DNA of 64,000 nt from a virus (Duplodnaviria; Caudoviricetes). The stretch is from positions 1 to 64,000 of IMG/VR virus record IMGVR_UViG_3300029288_000110, one strand, 5' to 3'. A program made the position numbers and the translations under genes. This document shows, piece after piece, positions 45,691-55,733 of this stretch; the first letter of the stretch is position 1, and every line of letters starts with the position of its first letter. The notes under the pieces are model-generated. The model did no database searches. It was not told the DNA's origin and worked only from the letters and a program-made list of their open reading frames with translations.

Positions 45691-45938
45691 ACCCCCTTGA
45701 GCTTTTTAAAAGCCGTTGTGAGAGCATTGAACATTTTGTCCCGTTCCGTTTCCATGGAGCGTTGGCAGTTATGGAACCCGTTGTTTTTTTTTGTCTCGCA
45801 AAAACCGTTCCCCTGAGAATAAAGCTCGGCGCCGAGGATGACGAGGGTAGCGAGCTCTTCCGGGTCCGAGGTGTGCTTGATTTCATCCAGAACCTCTTCC
45901 AGGTTATTTACAACGGCCTTTTCTGTCGTAGCGGCCAT
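45687..45938 (-). CDS. hypothetical protein
   Basis: RBS AGGAG. Confidence 0.6.
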   Translation of the reverse strand: MAATTEKAVVNNLEEVLDEIKHTSDPEELATLVILGAELYSQGNGFCETKKNNGFHNCQRSMETERDKMFNALTTAFKKLKGV

Positions 45939-45940
45939 GA

Positions 45941-46423
45941 TTAGCTCCTATTCTTTAGCTTTTCCATGAAGGCGGCATTAAGAACGATGCCCTTCTTGGC
46001 CGCTAATTCTGCCATTTTGCTTGCCACGGGAGAAACATCGGGAGCCGTATGGCCATAGAGCGCTGGTCCCTTATATTCGTACACCCTTCCCTCGGTGCCA
46101 TCGACAACGACCTGCTGGCCATCCTTTAATTCGGTGGTGGCATTGAAGCCCTCACTCATCGTACCGGTGATGCAGGGAACCTTCCACTCACGGGCCACAA
46201 TGGCCGCATGAGATAGCTTGCCGCCGACATTGGTAATAAATGCGCCGGCTTTTTTCATATAGATATCATGCTCCGGGCGGAGCTTATCCGCCACGATAAT
46301 ATCGCCAGGCTGCACCTTGGCTATCTTGTCCTCATCCCCATTTACCACACGCACACGACCAACAACGACACCATTGGATGCTCCGATGCCATAAATTAAA
46401 ACTTTACCCTTCATTTCCGTCAT
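45941..46423 (-). CDS. stand-alone PEP-utilising enzyme mobile (phospho-His) domain
   Basis: GIGASNG..GRVRVV, GGKLSHAAIVAREWKVPCITG, VVVDGTEG. Confidence 0.9.
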   Translation of the reverse strand: MTEMKGKVLIYGIGASNGVVVGRVRVVNGDEDKIAKVQPGDIIVADKLRPEHDIYMKKAGAFITNVGGKLSHAAIVAREWKVPCITGTMSEGFNATTELKDGQQVVVDGTEGRVYEYKGPALYGHTAPDVSPVASKMAELAAKKGIVLNAAFMEKLKNRS

Positions 46424-46713
46424 GATGCTACTCCAATCTGGGGCTCGCATTCGGGCAACTGTCCCAGCAATTCTATGAGCAAATCACCCACGTTGTCGCC
46501 TATAAATTCGGGTTTAACACTTTTTACGAGCCGAATAAAGCACGGATTAAAGCAGGCTTTTCCGGCTTCGGCAGGCACCACTGTTTCCACAGGCTGCTCC
46601 ACTGGTTTTTTGGCAGGCTTCTCCTCGGACTTTATCGTTGTCTGTCCCTTTTGCACCGGCTTTAGTGTCTTTTTAAAAGCCGCAAGCTGCGAATCAATCT
46701 CAGAAAGTTCCAT
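46420..46713 (-). CDS. hypothetical protein
   Basis: coupled ORF. Confidence 0.55.
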   Translation of the reverse strand: MELSEIDSQLAAFKKTLKPVQKGQTTIKSEEKPAKKPVEQPVETVVPAEAGKACFNPCFIRLVKSVKPEFIGDNVGDLLIELLGQLPECEPQIGVAS

Positions 46714-46728
46714 CGGATAAATCTTAAT

Positions 46729-47334
46729 TCAGTATGTATGTTTTGTCAAGATAGGCACGGAAGCAAAGGGTTGCATAAAAGACTGGCCGGTTTGCTTCGC
46801 CAGGTTAAACTTATCCAGATTCTCTGCCGTTTGACCAGATTTTATTTCAAACAATAGCTTTGTCACTATCTTATGACATTTCACACATAAGGGAAGAAGG
46901 TTCCACCATACGTTGTAAGGAGTGACAACCCTTTTTGAGCCTTCGAGCGGAATGATATGATGCACCTCAAGGTTGGTGCGGAAATGATACCTATCAAGTT
47001 GTACTTCCTTTTCCTCTTCTCCGCAGAACGCACAACGGTAACCATATCGCCGGAGAGCCCACCTGGAAGCATCGCTCCACCAGAAGAAAAGGTTATAAAA
47101 TCTTGAACAGGAAATATAATCCCCATGGGACTTTTCCGGGCAATATCTTCGGGCGTAATTACTGCTGGGAAAAGGTTTGCCGCACCAAAAGCAACCTCCC
47201 TGGCCTTCAAACCCGGTAATGATAGAGAATTTCCCGTATCTGTCTTTTCCTTCGGCTATAGGCCATTTGACAAGTTCCACTACGCTCCGAGGGTAATTCC
47301 CTTCAATGGACTCTAAATCTACCGGATAGTTCAT
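46729..47334 (-). CDS. HNH endonuclease
   Basis: CAFCG..LEVHHIIP..NLLPLCVKCH. Confidence 0.88.
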   Translation of the reverse strand: MNYPVDLESIEGNYPRSVVELVKWPIAEGKDRYGKFSIITGFEGQGGCFWCGKPFPSSNYARRYCPEKSHGDYISCSRFYNLFFWWSDASRWALRRYGYRCAFCGEEEKEVQLDRYHFRTNLEVHHIIPLEGSKRVVTPYNVWWNLLPLCVKCHKIVTKLLFEIKSGQTAENLDKFNLAKQTGQSFMQPFASVPILTKHTY

Positions 47335-47831
47335 ATCTCACCTGCCTGATATTTCACTAAGGGGACATCATAAGCGATATAAAGTGGATGCTTCGGCTGA
47401 CCGTCAGCGTTAGTCCCTAGGCAATATGGTTCTTTGAGCATCTGGAAAACCGCCGGCGCCCGTTTTTTCACCGGCTTAAACGAGCCCCATCCGCAGAGTT
47501 GGAGGTCCGACATCTGTATCATCAAGTGGAGGAAAGAATCGTTATACTCCCCAACGGCATCAGGTTCGACAAGAAGCACCTTTGGGTCGCTAGACACTAA
47601 AGCATATAGGTTGGCCATGAGGAGGCCGCCAAAACCCATCCTGTCGGCTCTCACCACAACCCGGGTAATCGTTGGGTCTGTTTTCACCTCATTGGCCGTT
47701 GAAGGATTAAGACCGATGACCATCAGGACGGGCCGGATGGAACTCCACATACGCCAAAGGGCATAGCGGTATTTCCTGTCATCGGAGAAAACGGCACCCT
47801 GGGGAAGGGTTAAATCAATACCTCTCATCAT
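47331..47831 (-). CDS. DUF1643 protein
   Basis: YRYALWR, GLNPSTA..DPTI, NLYA, PKHPLY. Confidence 0.9.
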   Translation of the reverse strand: MMRGIDLTLPQGAVFSDDRKYRYALWRMWSSIRPVLMVIGLNPSTANEVKTDPTITRVVVRADRMGFGGLLMANLYALVSSDPKVLLVEPDAVGEYNDSFLHLMIQMSDLQLCGWGSFKPVKKRAPAVFQMLKEPYCLGTNADGQPKHPLYIAYDVPLVKYQAGEI

Positions 47832-48031
47832 CCCATCACATTTTTCTCTGTTATTTCGTCATTATTAATGTGTTCCTCAATATGGCGGAGCAGTGGGTAG
47901 GAAGAAAAAGGACCTGCTAACTGCTCGGTGTGCCCACAATGAAGACAAGTGGCTTTTTCATCCTCCACCTTAACCCTGTATTTCATGGCCAATTTGAAAA
48001 GATTCCGGTATCCTTTAATGTTAGATTTCAT
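47828..48031 (-). CDS. small Cys/His protein
   Basis: CLHCG..HIEEH; coupled. Confidence 0.55.
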   Translation of the reverse strand: MKSNIKGYRNLFKLAMKYRVKVEDEKATCLHCGHTEQLAGPFSSYPLLRHIEEHINNDEITEKNVMG

Positions 48032-48924
48032 ACTGAGTTCCTACCCTCCTCAATATTCCATACAGATTGAGAGCATCTTTTGGCAGAAAGCTCTGCATAT
48101 TTCTTACTTAACTCAATCCCGATACACTTCCGACCTAACTTTTTAGCTACTAAAGCCGTGGTGCCTGAACCAAGAAAGGGGTCAAGTATAATAGCATTGC
48201 TGCTACTAGCGAATATTTTTATTAACCTTGAGGGTATTTCTCCTGGAAATACCGCAGGGTGGTATTTATCTCGGCCCGGCTCCACAAACCAGACATCTTT
48301 TGTTTCATCTGCAAAAGGCACGGCTTTCTTTCCTCTTCTCCCAGTCCCGCCGGAATGAAACCATTGGTATTTTGAACCTAGAAGTATTATCTCGTGTGCA
48401 GGACGCATATAAGGGTCGGAGTCACATCCCATAGCGCAAGTTGTAGTTAATCCTATAGCTCCCTTCACCCATACGATTGGCTCCCGAACATGAGCATCTA
48501 ATTCCATCATCATTGAAAATAGGCGGAATCCTAAAGGTTCAAGCCTTGCTTTTCCTTCCGTCTTCTCTTCTTTACGATGACTTTTGTAAGATGCATCATA
48601 TCCGAACCAGGTATTAGCATAAAGATGGTCCCGTTGCCACCGGACAACGAGAGGAACATTTATTCCAATCGTACCCCCTTTAACTAAAACCCGATAACAT
48701 TGTTTTAAAACAATGTTCATCTTTTGATAATATTCCGCCCAAGATAATTGGTCACGAAAGCCACTATATTTCATCCGGGTGTTATACGGAGGAGATGTCG
48801 GTATTAAATCTATACAATCGGGTGGGATGGCGGGCAATATTTCCGTAGCATCACCATGTATGATATAAACGAATTCATCCGAATATATTGCGGAAGGAAG
48901 GTCAAGACTATTCCAAATTGACAT
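48028..48924 (-). CDS. N4-C/N6-A DNA methyltransferase (beta class)
   Basis: TSPPYN before HPAVFP and ILDPFLGSGTT. Confidence 0.92.
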   Translation of the reverse strand: MSIWNSLDLPSAIYSDEFVYIIHGDATEILPAIPPDCIDLIPTSPPYNTRMKYSGFRDQLSWAEYYQKMNIVLKQCYRVLVKGGTIGINVPLVVRWQRDHLYANTWFGYDASYKSHRKEEKTEGKARLEPLGFRLFSMMMELDAHVREPIVWVKGAIGLTTTCAMGCDSDPYMRPAHEIILLGSKYQWFHSGGTGRRGKKAVPFADETKDVWFVEPGRDKYHPAVFPGEIPSRLIKIFASSSNAIILDPFLGSGTTALVAKKLGRKCIGIELSKKYAELSAKRCSQSVWNIEEGRNSV

Positions 48925-49902
48925 TTATTTCTTCACCTCCGGCTCTCCGCACCGCAGGCACTCTCCGTCAATGAAGAGGTGACCATAGACGCTGCATGTC
49001 ATCACCACTTGGCCTTTAAATATCATCTGGCAGGGTTTGAGTTTCGTTATAACCGGCTCCGTGGAGGCAAAGTCCACTCCCTTCAACACAGCCGATTTGA
49101 CATCCCGGAGGAAGACGCCGCCCATCACGCTGGGTTGATTGAGCTTTTCTTCCCATTCTATCCAGCGGTCATAATGGTGGGGAAAGACTCGCAAAACCTT
49201 CTGGTAGATGTCCGGTCCATAAAAGGGGCACCAGCTACATCCACTCACACCGAAATCCCGATAGAGGTTCTCCAGCGGCGAAAGCCCAGACATAGCAAGA
49301 TAATTTGTAACGTCGCCATCTGTCCAGTTAATAATCGGGAAAACTTCAAACGAGCCCGAATGTTCCTTGTCGGGCCGGATGGGTTTTCCAGTGTAGGCTT
49401 TATAAATCGCCATCCGCCGGGCACTCTCCGCACGCCTTATACCTTCCAGCTTGTAAAACACCCCTTTGCCGAATGTCTTCGCCAGGAGTTTCTTCTGTGG
49501 CCGGAGTTTGAGGTCCCGGCAGCACCAGAGACGCTTTCCGCCGCCGTTGAATGAGCCCAGATTGGGGAATGATTGAAACCTCTCAATGCGCTTGAAGATA
49601 TTACCCTTGTGCATGGAGGGATTGGACACGAGGAGACGGACGTTAAGCTGGGCACATGTCTCTCTTACGGTTTTTACTACCCCGGGAAATTCCGTGCCGG
49701 TCGCCATATAGGCGCAAACAAAATTGTCCGTCACCTCCCTCACCAGGCCAAGAAGGGCGAAGGAGTCACGCCCACCGCTGAACTGGATAATTAGCGGCAT
49801 TTCGGAGCGGCGGAGGACCGCTCGCACGACTCTCCGGCTCTCTTTTAACCGGACTTTAAGAAAATAACTATCAATGCCTGGAAGCGTCGTCTGATTGACC
49901 AT
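48925..49902 (-). CDS. PAPS reductase family (PP-loop) protein
   Basis: FSGGRDS, WCCRDLK, GIRRAESARR, GCSWCP. Confidence 0.9.
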   Translation of the reverse strand: MVNQTTLPGIDSYFLKVRLKESRRVVRAVLRRSEMPLIIQFSGGRDSFALLGLVREVTDNFVCAYMATGTEFPGVVKTVRETCAQLNVRLLVSNPSMHKGNIFKRIERFQSFPNLGSFNGGGKRLWCCRDLKLRPQKKLLAKTFGKGVFYKLEGIRRAESARRMAIYKAYTGKPIRPDKEHSGSFEVFPIINWTDGDVTNYLAMSGLSPLENLYRDFGVSGCSWCPFYGPDIYQKVLRVFPHHYDRWIEWEEKLNQPSVMGGVFLRDVKSAVLKGVDFASTEPVITKLKPCQMIFKGQVVMTCSVYGHLFIDGECLRCGEPEVKK

Positions 49903-50137
49903 GTTCCTCCATCCTCCTTTGCTTGTTGCGTTCTCTCGATACGGAGCTGTAGCCGCAGATGGGATTGGTACAAAACTCGTAAGCGCTGCATCCGTGGAAG
50001 ATAATCTGCGCCTCTTCCCCGGCTTGGTTCACCGTATCTAAAATACGTATAGGGCCAACAATCGCTCCTACTGTTTTCTCCACCCCATTGTGGAGATGAT
50101 GTTTGCACTCAAATGCGATAAAACCAAGCTGAAGCAT
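49871..50137 (-). CDS. small Cys-rich protein
   Basis: ATG 50137 after GAGGGG. Confidence 0.55.
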   Translation of the reverse strand: MLQLGFIAFECKHHLHNGVEKTVGAIVGPIRILDTVNQAGEEAQIIFHGCSAYEFCTNPICGYSSVSRERNKQRRMEEHGQSDDASRH

Positions 50138-50151
50138 GTTCCCCTCCTCTT

Positions 50152-51978
50152 TTAAGCGGCCAATTTCGATATCGTAAAAATCTCCCTTACCAGTGCTTCG
50201 GCAAGGCAGCACGGCACGGAGTTACCAATCTGCTTTGTTACCTCTGCCTTATTGCCTACGAATTCATAAGTCATTTCCTCGTCGTCAAAACTGTGCGCCC
50301 GGGCAAGTTCACGGTTATCCAGCATACGGAATCTTATATCGAGGATATACCAAACGCCATCGATATTTACCAAGCGCTCAGGAGCAATATCTTCCCCGCC
50401 GGCTTCCCGGAGCATCGGCTCAGCGATACCGATATTACGTTTAGTCGTAATCGTTCCGATTGGTCCATCTACCCCTTGTATGCGGTTATCCACATCCCCA
50501 TCCGTATGATTAACCTGTATCATCACCGGTTCCGCTAGGCCAGTATTTTGTCTTGGAACAATAGTCGGCAACGGCTCAGAGGGCGGGTACGCATACTTTC
50601 CGTTACCTCCCGTCTGGTCGGTTTGCACAATGACGGGTTCCATGAGGCCAAATCTAGCCTTTGTCGTCAGTGTGGAAAGCGGCTTGTCGATAGGTTCGGT
50701 ATCAGCTTTCGTCCCATAGTATTTCAGGAGCTGCGGGCTCATCAGGGCAACGTGCGCTTTTGTCGGCAGCGCCGGAACGGGCTTGTCCACCGGGCTCGTA
50801 TTGCTGGCGCCATGGAAAACAACGAGCTGCGGTGCTAAAAGGGAGATAGCGCCGCCGGTCGATATCGTCATCAGTGGTTGATTAAGGTTCCGGGCGGCGG
50901 AACAACTCTGCTGACCGAAGATAAAAGGCTCCACCAGGTAACCTGCACCCCGGCAGTCGGCAGTCGGTATGGGTTTGTCTACCCCATGCGCCCGGGTCCC
51001 GCCGTTTTCGCCATGGCGGCTAAGGATAAAAGGGTTCGCCTGTGGCATTATCAGCCAGGGGTGTCCGCTCGTGGTGAGTGTCTGGATGGGCTTATCCACA
51101 GGGCGGAAGGCCGGGCTGTGGCCTTGCTTCCCCATGACAAAAGATTTCGGTGTGCCGCTGCCGCCCGCTTCAGGTTCCAGTCCGAGGAGGTTGATGTATA
51201 ACGGCGCCAGCTCGCCGCCGTATTTCTTCAACCCCCGGGCGATGCGCCTCCGGGTGTTAATCGCCAGCGGCTTTTTCTTATACTTCGGGTCGTCCAAGAG
51301 GGAGCGCCCTTTTATATTCCAGTCAATGATTTCCTTGGCTGCCCGCCACTTCAGGCGGCTCCCTTCCATACTGTCGTCTTTAAAATGCGTTGGGGCCGGC
51401 CATCTAACCGGTATGCCATCCTTCCTCGCAATGAGGAAGAAGCGGCGGCGGGTCGTGGCGTCGCCGTAATCGGCGGCGTTGAGGAATCTCCATTGGAGCT
51501 CGTAACCCAATCCCCAGATAGACTTTATCCAGGATTCAAAATAAACACCCTTCTTTTCCGGGATAGGATGTCCATCATCGTCCAGCGGACCCCAGGATAT
51601 AAATTCCGGGACATTTTCCACCAGGAGGCACCTTACATCGAGGTCGGTAAGCCATCCGTTGATTGCCCATGGATTCATACGGGATTGGTCGCTCACTGGC
51701 TTGCCTCCTCTCGCCCGGCTGAAGTGCGTGCATTCGGGCGATGCCATGAGAAGGTCCAGGTAACCTTCCGGTACGAGTTCCTTCGGTTTGGCTGCTTGCA
51801 CGTCCGCTATATAGTGCCGTGCGGTCGGGTGGTTCTTCTGATGCGTCTTGATTGCCACAGGCCAGTGGTTAACACAGACCAATATCATCGTGGCGCCCAG
51901 TGACCTTACGGCTCTTTCCGCCCCAGTCGAGCTGCCGCCGGCGCCGCAAAACAAATCTGCTACTAAAAGTTCTTCCAC
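50152..51978 (-). CDS. C5-cytosine DNA methyltransferase with repetitive variable region
   Basis: DLFCGAGG, SPECT, VENVPE, RRRFF, QIGNSV; repeated P.PT.T units. Confidence 0.95.
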   Translation of the reverse strand: MEELLVADLFCGAGGSSTGAERAVRSLGATMILVCVNHWPVAIKTHQKNHPTARHYIADVQAAKPKELVPEGYLDLLMASPECTHFSRARGGKPVSDQSRMNPWAINGWLTDLDVRCLLVENVPEFISWGPLDDDGHPIPEKKGVYFESWIKSIWGLGYELQWRFLNAADYGDATTRRRFFLIARKDGIPVRWPAPTHFKDDSMEGSRLKWRAAKEIIDWNIKGRSLLDDPKYKKKPLAINTRRRIARGLKKYGGELAPLYINLLGLEPEAGGSGTPKSFVMGKQGHSPAFRPVDKPIQTLTTSGHPWLIMPQANPFILSRHGENGGTRAHGVDKPIPTADCRGAGYLVEPFIFGQQSCSAARNLNQPLMTISTGGAISLLAPQLVVFHGASNTSPVDKPVPALPTKAHVALMSPQLLKYYGTKADTEPIDKPLSTLTTKARFGLMEPVIVQTDQTGGNGKYAYPPSEPLPTIVPRQNTGLAEPVMIQVNHTDGDVDNRIQGVDGPIGTITTKRNIGIAEPMLREAGGEDIAPERLVNIDGVWYILDIRFRMLDNRELARAHSFDDEEMTYEFVGNKAEVTKQIGNSVPCCLAEALVREIFTISKLAA

Positions 51979-52028
51979 GATATTCTCCTCAATTTACATT
52001 TTAATCTTTTCGCACTTACGAAATTGTT

Positions 52029-52925
52029 TCATTTCCGCTCCATCTTGGCCTGCCGCATCCGGGCTATCTCCGGGCGATAATCTGTTGTCTTCTCTATCAC
52101 CACAACCTCACCCTCAAGGAGCCGGCTGCTTATGCGGTGCTCTAATACATCGGGGTCGAGGTTGGTAGCAAAGAGAGTAGCAAGGTTATGGAAATAACGG
52201 TGATTGATAATGACATCAAAGCGCTCCAGCGCCCATACGGTTTCTTTCTCCACGCCGAGGTCGTCGATGACAAGCAGAGAAGCATTCTTTAAGAGGTTCA
52301 TCTTCAAGTCAAACGCATCTTTTTGCGTCGGGTCGGTGATATGAAAACCGGACTTCAAATCATCCAGAAGGTCGGCGGCTGTCTCGTAGTAAACAACGGG
52401 CCTCCAGTACTTCTTTAGCCAAGCCCAGGAAGCGGCCACCAGCAGGTGGGATTTTCCCACGCCCTTTGTTTCACAAGCCAACGTGAGGAAGTGGTGTGGC
52501 CGGTCCTCTACAAACCGCATTACCGACGCCAGCGCATCAGCCGTACTCTTATTCCTCTTGATGAAGTTATCAAAGCGGTATTTTTGCTCGGTAAAAGGCG
52601 GTAATTTGGAAAGGCGGATGAGGGCGTTCCTATCCTCTTGAACCCATAGTTTACGTCTTTCCTCCTCCTCCCGCTTTTGTTTGAGGTCAAAGGCCGCCGC
52701 AACCTTCGTCACACATGCGGGGCAATAAGGGACCGGGATATAGGCGTGTTCCACTTTATTTTCTTCATTGAGAAACGCCGTATGGGTTATCCTGCCGGTG
52801 AATGTCTCGCCGCAATCCTTGCAGATACAATCACCATCCGTCGAGTCCACAATTTTATACTTCTTTTTCTGCCCCTGACTTTCAAGGGCCCCGATAGTCT
52901 TACCGACATTTTCCAATTCAGCCAT
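52029..52925 (-). CDS. DnaC/IstB-like helicase loader ATPase
   Basis: GVGKSHL, LLVIDDLG, FATNL, RISSRL; two CxxC pairs. Confidence 0.9.
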   Translation of the reverse strand: MAELENVGKTIGALESQGQKKKYKIVDSTDGDCICKDCGETFTGRITHTAFLNEENKVEHAYIPVPYCPACVTKVAAAFDLKQKREEEERRKLWVQEDRNALIRLSKLPPFTEQKYRFDNFIKRNKSTADALASVMRFVEDRPHHFLTLACETKGVGKSHLLVAASWAWLKKYWRPVVYYETAADLLDDLKSGFHITDPTQKDAFDLKMNLLKNASLLVIDDLGVEKETVWALERFDVIINHRYFHNLATLFATNLDPDVLEHRISSRLLEGEVVVIEKTTDYRPEIARMRQAKMERK

Positions 52926-52944
52926 TATTCTATCCCCCAGGTTT

Positions 52945-53328
52945 TTATCTTGGGCCTTGCCGCCTGGGCATCTGCTGGAATTGCACAGGCATTTCCTGCT
53001 CGCTGATTTCAAATTTAGAGCAGTAAATAGCGCCGCATTCCGGCCCGGCGCAGACCTCCAGGTATATGCCGACAATCGGGACCTTGACCGTGTTGGAAAG
53101 CACCACGGGCGGGCGGCTCGGGTCAAGCAGCGGCGTCTGCATGACGATACCTTCCGGGAATGACTGGGCGGCGATTTTCCCTTTAGAGCGCAGTTCGTCC
53201 ATCGCTTTCTTAACCAGCCCCTCTTTATTGCCGCAAACGGGGCATTTGTCATGAACCACTGGCAGGTTGGTCTTGTTTGGTGTTATTTCCTGGTTCTCCG
53301 GGGTCGCTTGCATTTCCATTTTCTTCAT
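52945..53328 (-). CDS. zinc-binding hypothetical protein
   Basis: CPVCG..CAGPECG; start overlaps end of rep gene. Confidence 0.6.
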   Translation of the reverse strand: MKKMEMQATPENQEITPNKTNLPVVHDKCPVCGNKEGLVKKAMDELRSKGKIAAQSFPEGIVMQTPLLDPSRPPVVLSNTVKVPIVGIYLEVCAGPECGAIYCSKFEISEQEMPVQFQQMPRRQGPR

Positions 53329-54187
53329 CTCCTTTACCTTTATTCCATTTTTTTACGAAAGTGCCCTCATCGAGCGGTAATGCTTTTTGTACGGACTTTT
53401 TCTTTGGAAACTTCTTTTCATTTTCAGCCCAGTTGCGGAAACGGTTTTTCCACAAGCCTTTATTCTTGGCGGGTTTCTCCGCATAATAGTCGGAGCATTT
53501 CTTTAAAACAAGGATATCAACAAATGGATATTCCGCCAGATATTCATAGGCCCAATTTATGTCGGAATTGTCCTCTTTCCAATTAACCAAGCCCCATAAA
53601 ATATCAATAAAAGTTGCACATTTATTTAATTTTTCAGGGCTTATCTCTTTATATATTTCTTTAATAGTTTTTTTTATAATATTGTACTCATGTGTAGTTT
53701 TGGTTACGTCGGGGGTAGTAGTTTTGGTTACGGGTAGTAGTTTTGGGGTGTGTAGTTTACTACTACCCTCGTTCTTTACTTCTACCCCTGTAGTTTCGGT
53801 ATGCTCTAGTAGTTTAAGGGTTTTCTTGTCAATAATTTTACCGTTCCATTGGGCGATATTGGTGTTGATATGGTAGATGTAGCCCTTACCCTGCCCGATG
53901 TCCCTGCGGATGAGCACCTTGTTCTCTGAGAGGGCTTTTAATGCGGAAAAAACCGCCTTGCGGGTAATATGCAGAGAATCTGCCAAGTCCTGCTGGGGAA
54001 GCGGCGCCTCTTTCGGCCTGGTGTCTCCCACGAGCCATCCGTAAGTTATCCGACAGAGGTAAAGGACAATTCCTTTCTCCGAGCCGGATAAAGAGCTTAT
54101 CGCTATGGCCGTCAAGAGCAGGTGTGCAATTGGCGTGGTGCCGTCCTCTGGGTCAGCCTTCAGTTTGAACTTGTCACCCTTGGGCAT
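53249..54187 (-). CDS. lambda-O-like replication initiator
   Basis: KADPEDGTTPIA, LCRITYGW, wHTH, INTNIAQW; internal iterons; upstream of DnaC. Confidence 0.85.
   Translation of the reverse strand: MPKGDKFKLKADPEDGTTPIAHLLLTAIAISSLSGSEKGIVLYLCRITYGWLVGDTRPKEAPLPQQDLADSLHITRKAVFSALKALSENKVLIRRDIGQGKGYIYHINTNIAQWNGKIIDKKTLKLLEHTETTGVEVKNEGSSKLHTPKLLPVTKTTTPDVTKTTHEYNIIKKTIKEIYKEISPEKLNKCATFIDILWGLVNWKEDNSDINWAYEYLAEYPFVDILVLKKCSDYYAEKPAKNKGLWKNRFRNWAENEKKFPKKKSVQKALPLDEGTFVKKWNKGKGDEENGNASDPGEPGNNTKQDQPASGS
53600..53820. repeat. putative replication origin: iterons plus AT-rich tract
   Basis: GTAGTTTTGG at 53694, 53718, 53737; GTAGTTT at 53752, 53790, 53809; AT-rich 53600-53690. Confidence 0.75.
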
Positions 54188-54222
54188 ATTACTCCTTCAG
54201 TTAAAGTGATTTATGCCCGGTG

Positions 54223-55455
54223 TTAGAACGGCAATTCTTCTTCTTTTATAAGCTCCTGCGAAGACTCTTGCGGAGGCTCCTGCGGAGGCTCCTGCGGAGG
54301 CTCCTGCCTCGTATCTCTTATTGATTGGAATGCCGCCCAGGGAGTGCAGACTGCGGCATCGACAAAATTCTTTTTATTCTTGTAGCCGAGTTCATTATAG
54401 ACTGCGGCGGCTTCGATGCCCCAGAAGAGTTTGGCATATTGTTCCAGCGCATCGGTATCCGGCACTTGTTTCTCCGTGATATCCGTCGGATATATCTTGG
54501 GTTTTTCCTGCGGCGGATTGGTTTGTTGCCCCTGCCCGGATGTGGTCACGGTCGGCTTTGCTGAAGCCTTAGTGGGATGAGAGGTTAACTTGCGCAAAGT
54601 ATCGGTGAGCTTCTTACCGATGAGAATCAGAGCTTCATCCAGGGTGTGGCCGTTGCCTGTCCATTCCTTCATGGATTTCACTCCGAGTGCCCGATGGGCG
54701 GAGTCTTCGTTGACGCCCATGCCTTTGACAATGGACCAGAAGCGTTTGTAATCTTCTCCTTCGGGTAGCCCCACCCCCATACCTTTGGAAGGCTTTACAG
54801 AGAAGAGCTTGCGAAGCGCCGAGCCTACTCCGGGGAGAGTTTGGGCGGCATCGGACTCCGCACGCTTGGCGGCCATCTTGAGGATGGTATTACCCAAATC
54901 CTGCACATCGGGGTTTTCAATACGGTACTGAATGACATTCTTGTTGTCGCCCACCTGGCGGGTGCGGAGGTTCGGGATTTCTTCAGCCGGCACGCCCCAT
55001 TCTGCCGGGTTAGTCACCCAGCGGAAGCCGTATTTGGTTTCCAGCGTAGAACATCCGCCGACGCCGGTGCCGACGAGCTGACCGGTTTTCCGGTTTATCA
55101 GTTCCACATGGATAAGGTAGGATACAATCTCATCGTTCTCTTCCGAATGGATGATTGTATGGCGGGGATAGGTATTGAAAGCATTGAGGATTTTTGACGC
55201 CCCCGACTCTCTGAGCGCCATAGTGGATGTTCCCGGATGAATCCCGTAGTCAACGTCTTTTTCCAGGACAGATGTGACTAATTCTTCCGCCATGGCGATA
55301 TTTGTCGCCGTAATGGCAATCGCCTGCCGGGATAGTTGCAACATCTCCGGCCTATCCTCGGTCACATAACGTACCGCCACTTCCTTTTTTTCGACGGCTA
55401 GACCTTTTTCCTGAGTGTTTCCCTGAGTTTCGTTTTCATATTCCATTTGATTCAT
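54223..55455 (-). CDS. phage protein, possible recombination/strand-annealing function
   Basis: DVDYGIHPG, GVGGCSTLE, NTILKMAAKRA; acidic EELPF tail; upstream of rep. Confidence 0.5.
   Translation of the reverse strand: MNQMEYENETQGNTQEKGLAVEKKEVAVRYVTEDRPEMLQLSRQAIAITATNIAMAEELVTSVLEKDVDYGIHPGTSTMALRESGASKILNAFNTYPRHTIIHSEENDEIVSYLIHVELINRKTGQLVGTGVGGCSTLETKYGFRWVTNPAEWGVPAEEIPNLRTRQVGDNKNVIQYRIENPDVQDLGNTILKMAAKRAESDAAQTLPGVGSALRKLFSVKPSKGMGVGLPEGEDYKRFWSIVKGMGVNEDSAHRALGVKSMKEWTGNGHTLDEALILIGKKLTDTLRKLTSHPTKASAKPTVTTSGQGQQTNPPQEKPKIYPTDITEKQVPDTDALEQYAKLFWGIEAAAVYNELGYKNKKNFVDAAVCTPWAAFQSIRDTRQEPPQEPPQEPPQESSQELIKEEELPF
54270..54307. repeat. 12-bp tandem repeat x3 encoding QEPP
   Basis: GCGGAGGCTCCT repeated. 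Confidence 0.85.
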
Positions 55456-55481
55456 ATCCTCCTGATTATAAAAATAGCAGC

Positions 55482-55709
55482 CTACGCTGCTTCTTCTGCT
55501 GGAATTGGTTCAAAGGTGTAGAGAACGCCGTCGAATCCGTTATACTGCGCTACGGCCCGGTAGGTGTGGACATATTCCTTCACTGATAGTCCGGCTTGCT
55601 CAGCGTTCTTCTGGATTACTTCCTGGGGAATGTAGACTGTGGTGTATTTACCCTCACGTCCCTGCGGCACCATGCGGTATCGCTTCTTGTACGTGACCTT
55701 CTCAGCCAT
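55482..55709 (-). CDS. small AbrB-like/hypothetical protein
   Basis: YTTVYIPQEV; first gene after tRNA. Confidence 0.5.
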   Translation of the reverse strand: MAEKVTYKKRYRMVPQGREGKYTTVYIPQEVIQKNAEQAGLSVKEYVHTYRAVAQYNGFDGVLYTFEPIPAEEAA

Positions 55710-55733
55710 ATCATCAGCCCCCTAAAATTCACT

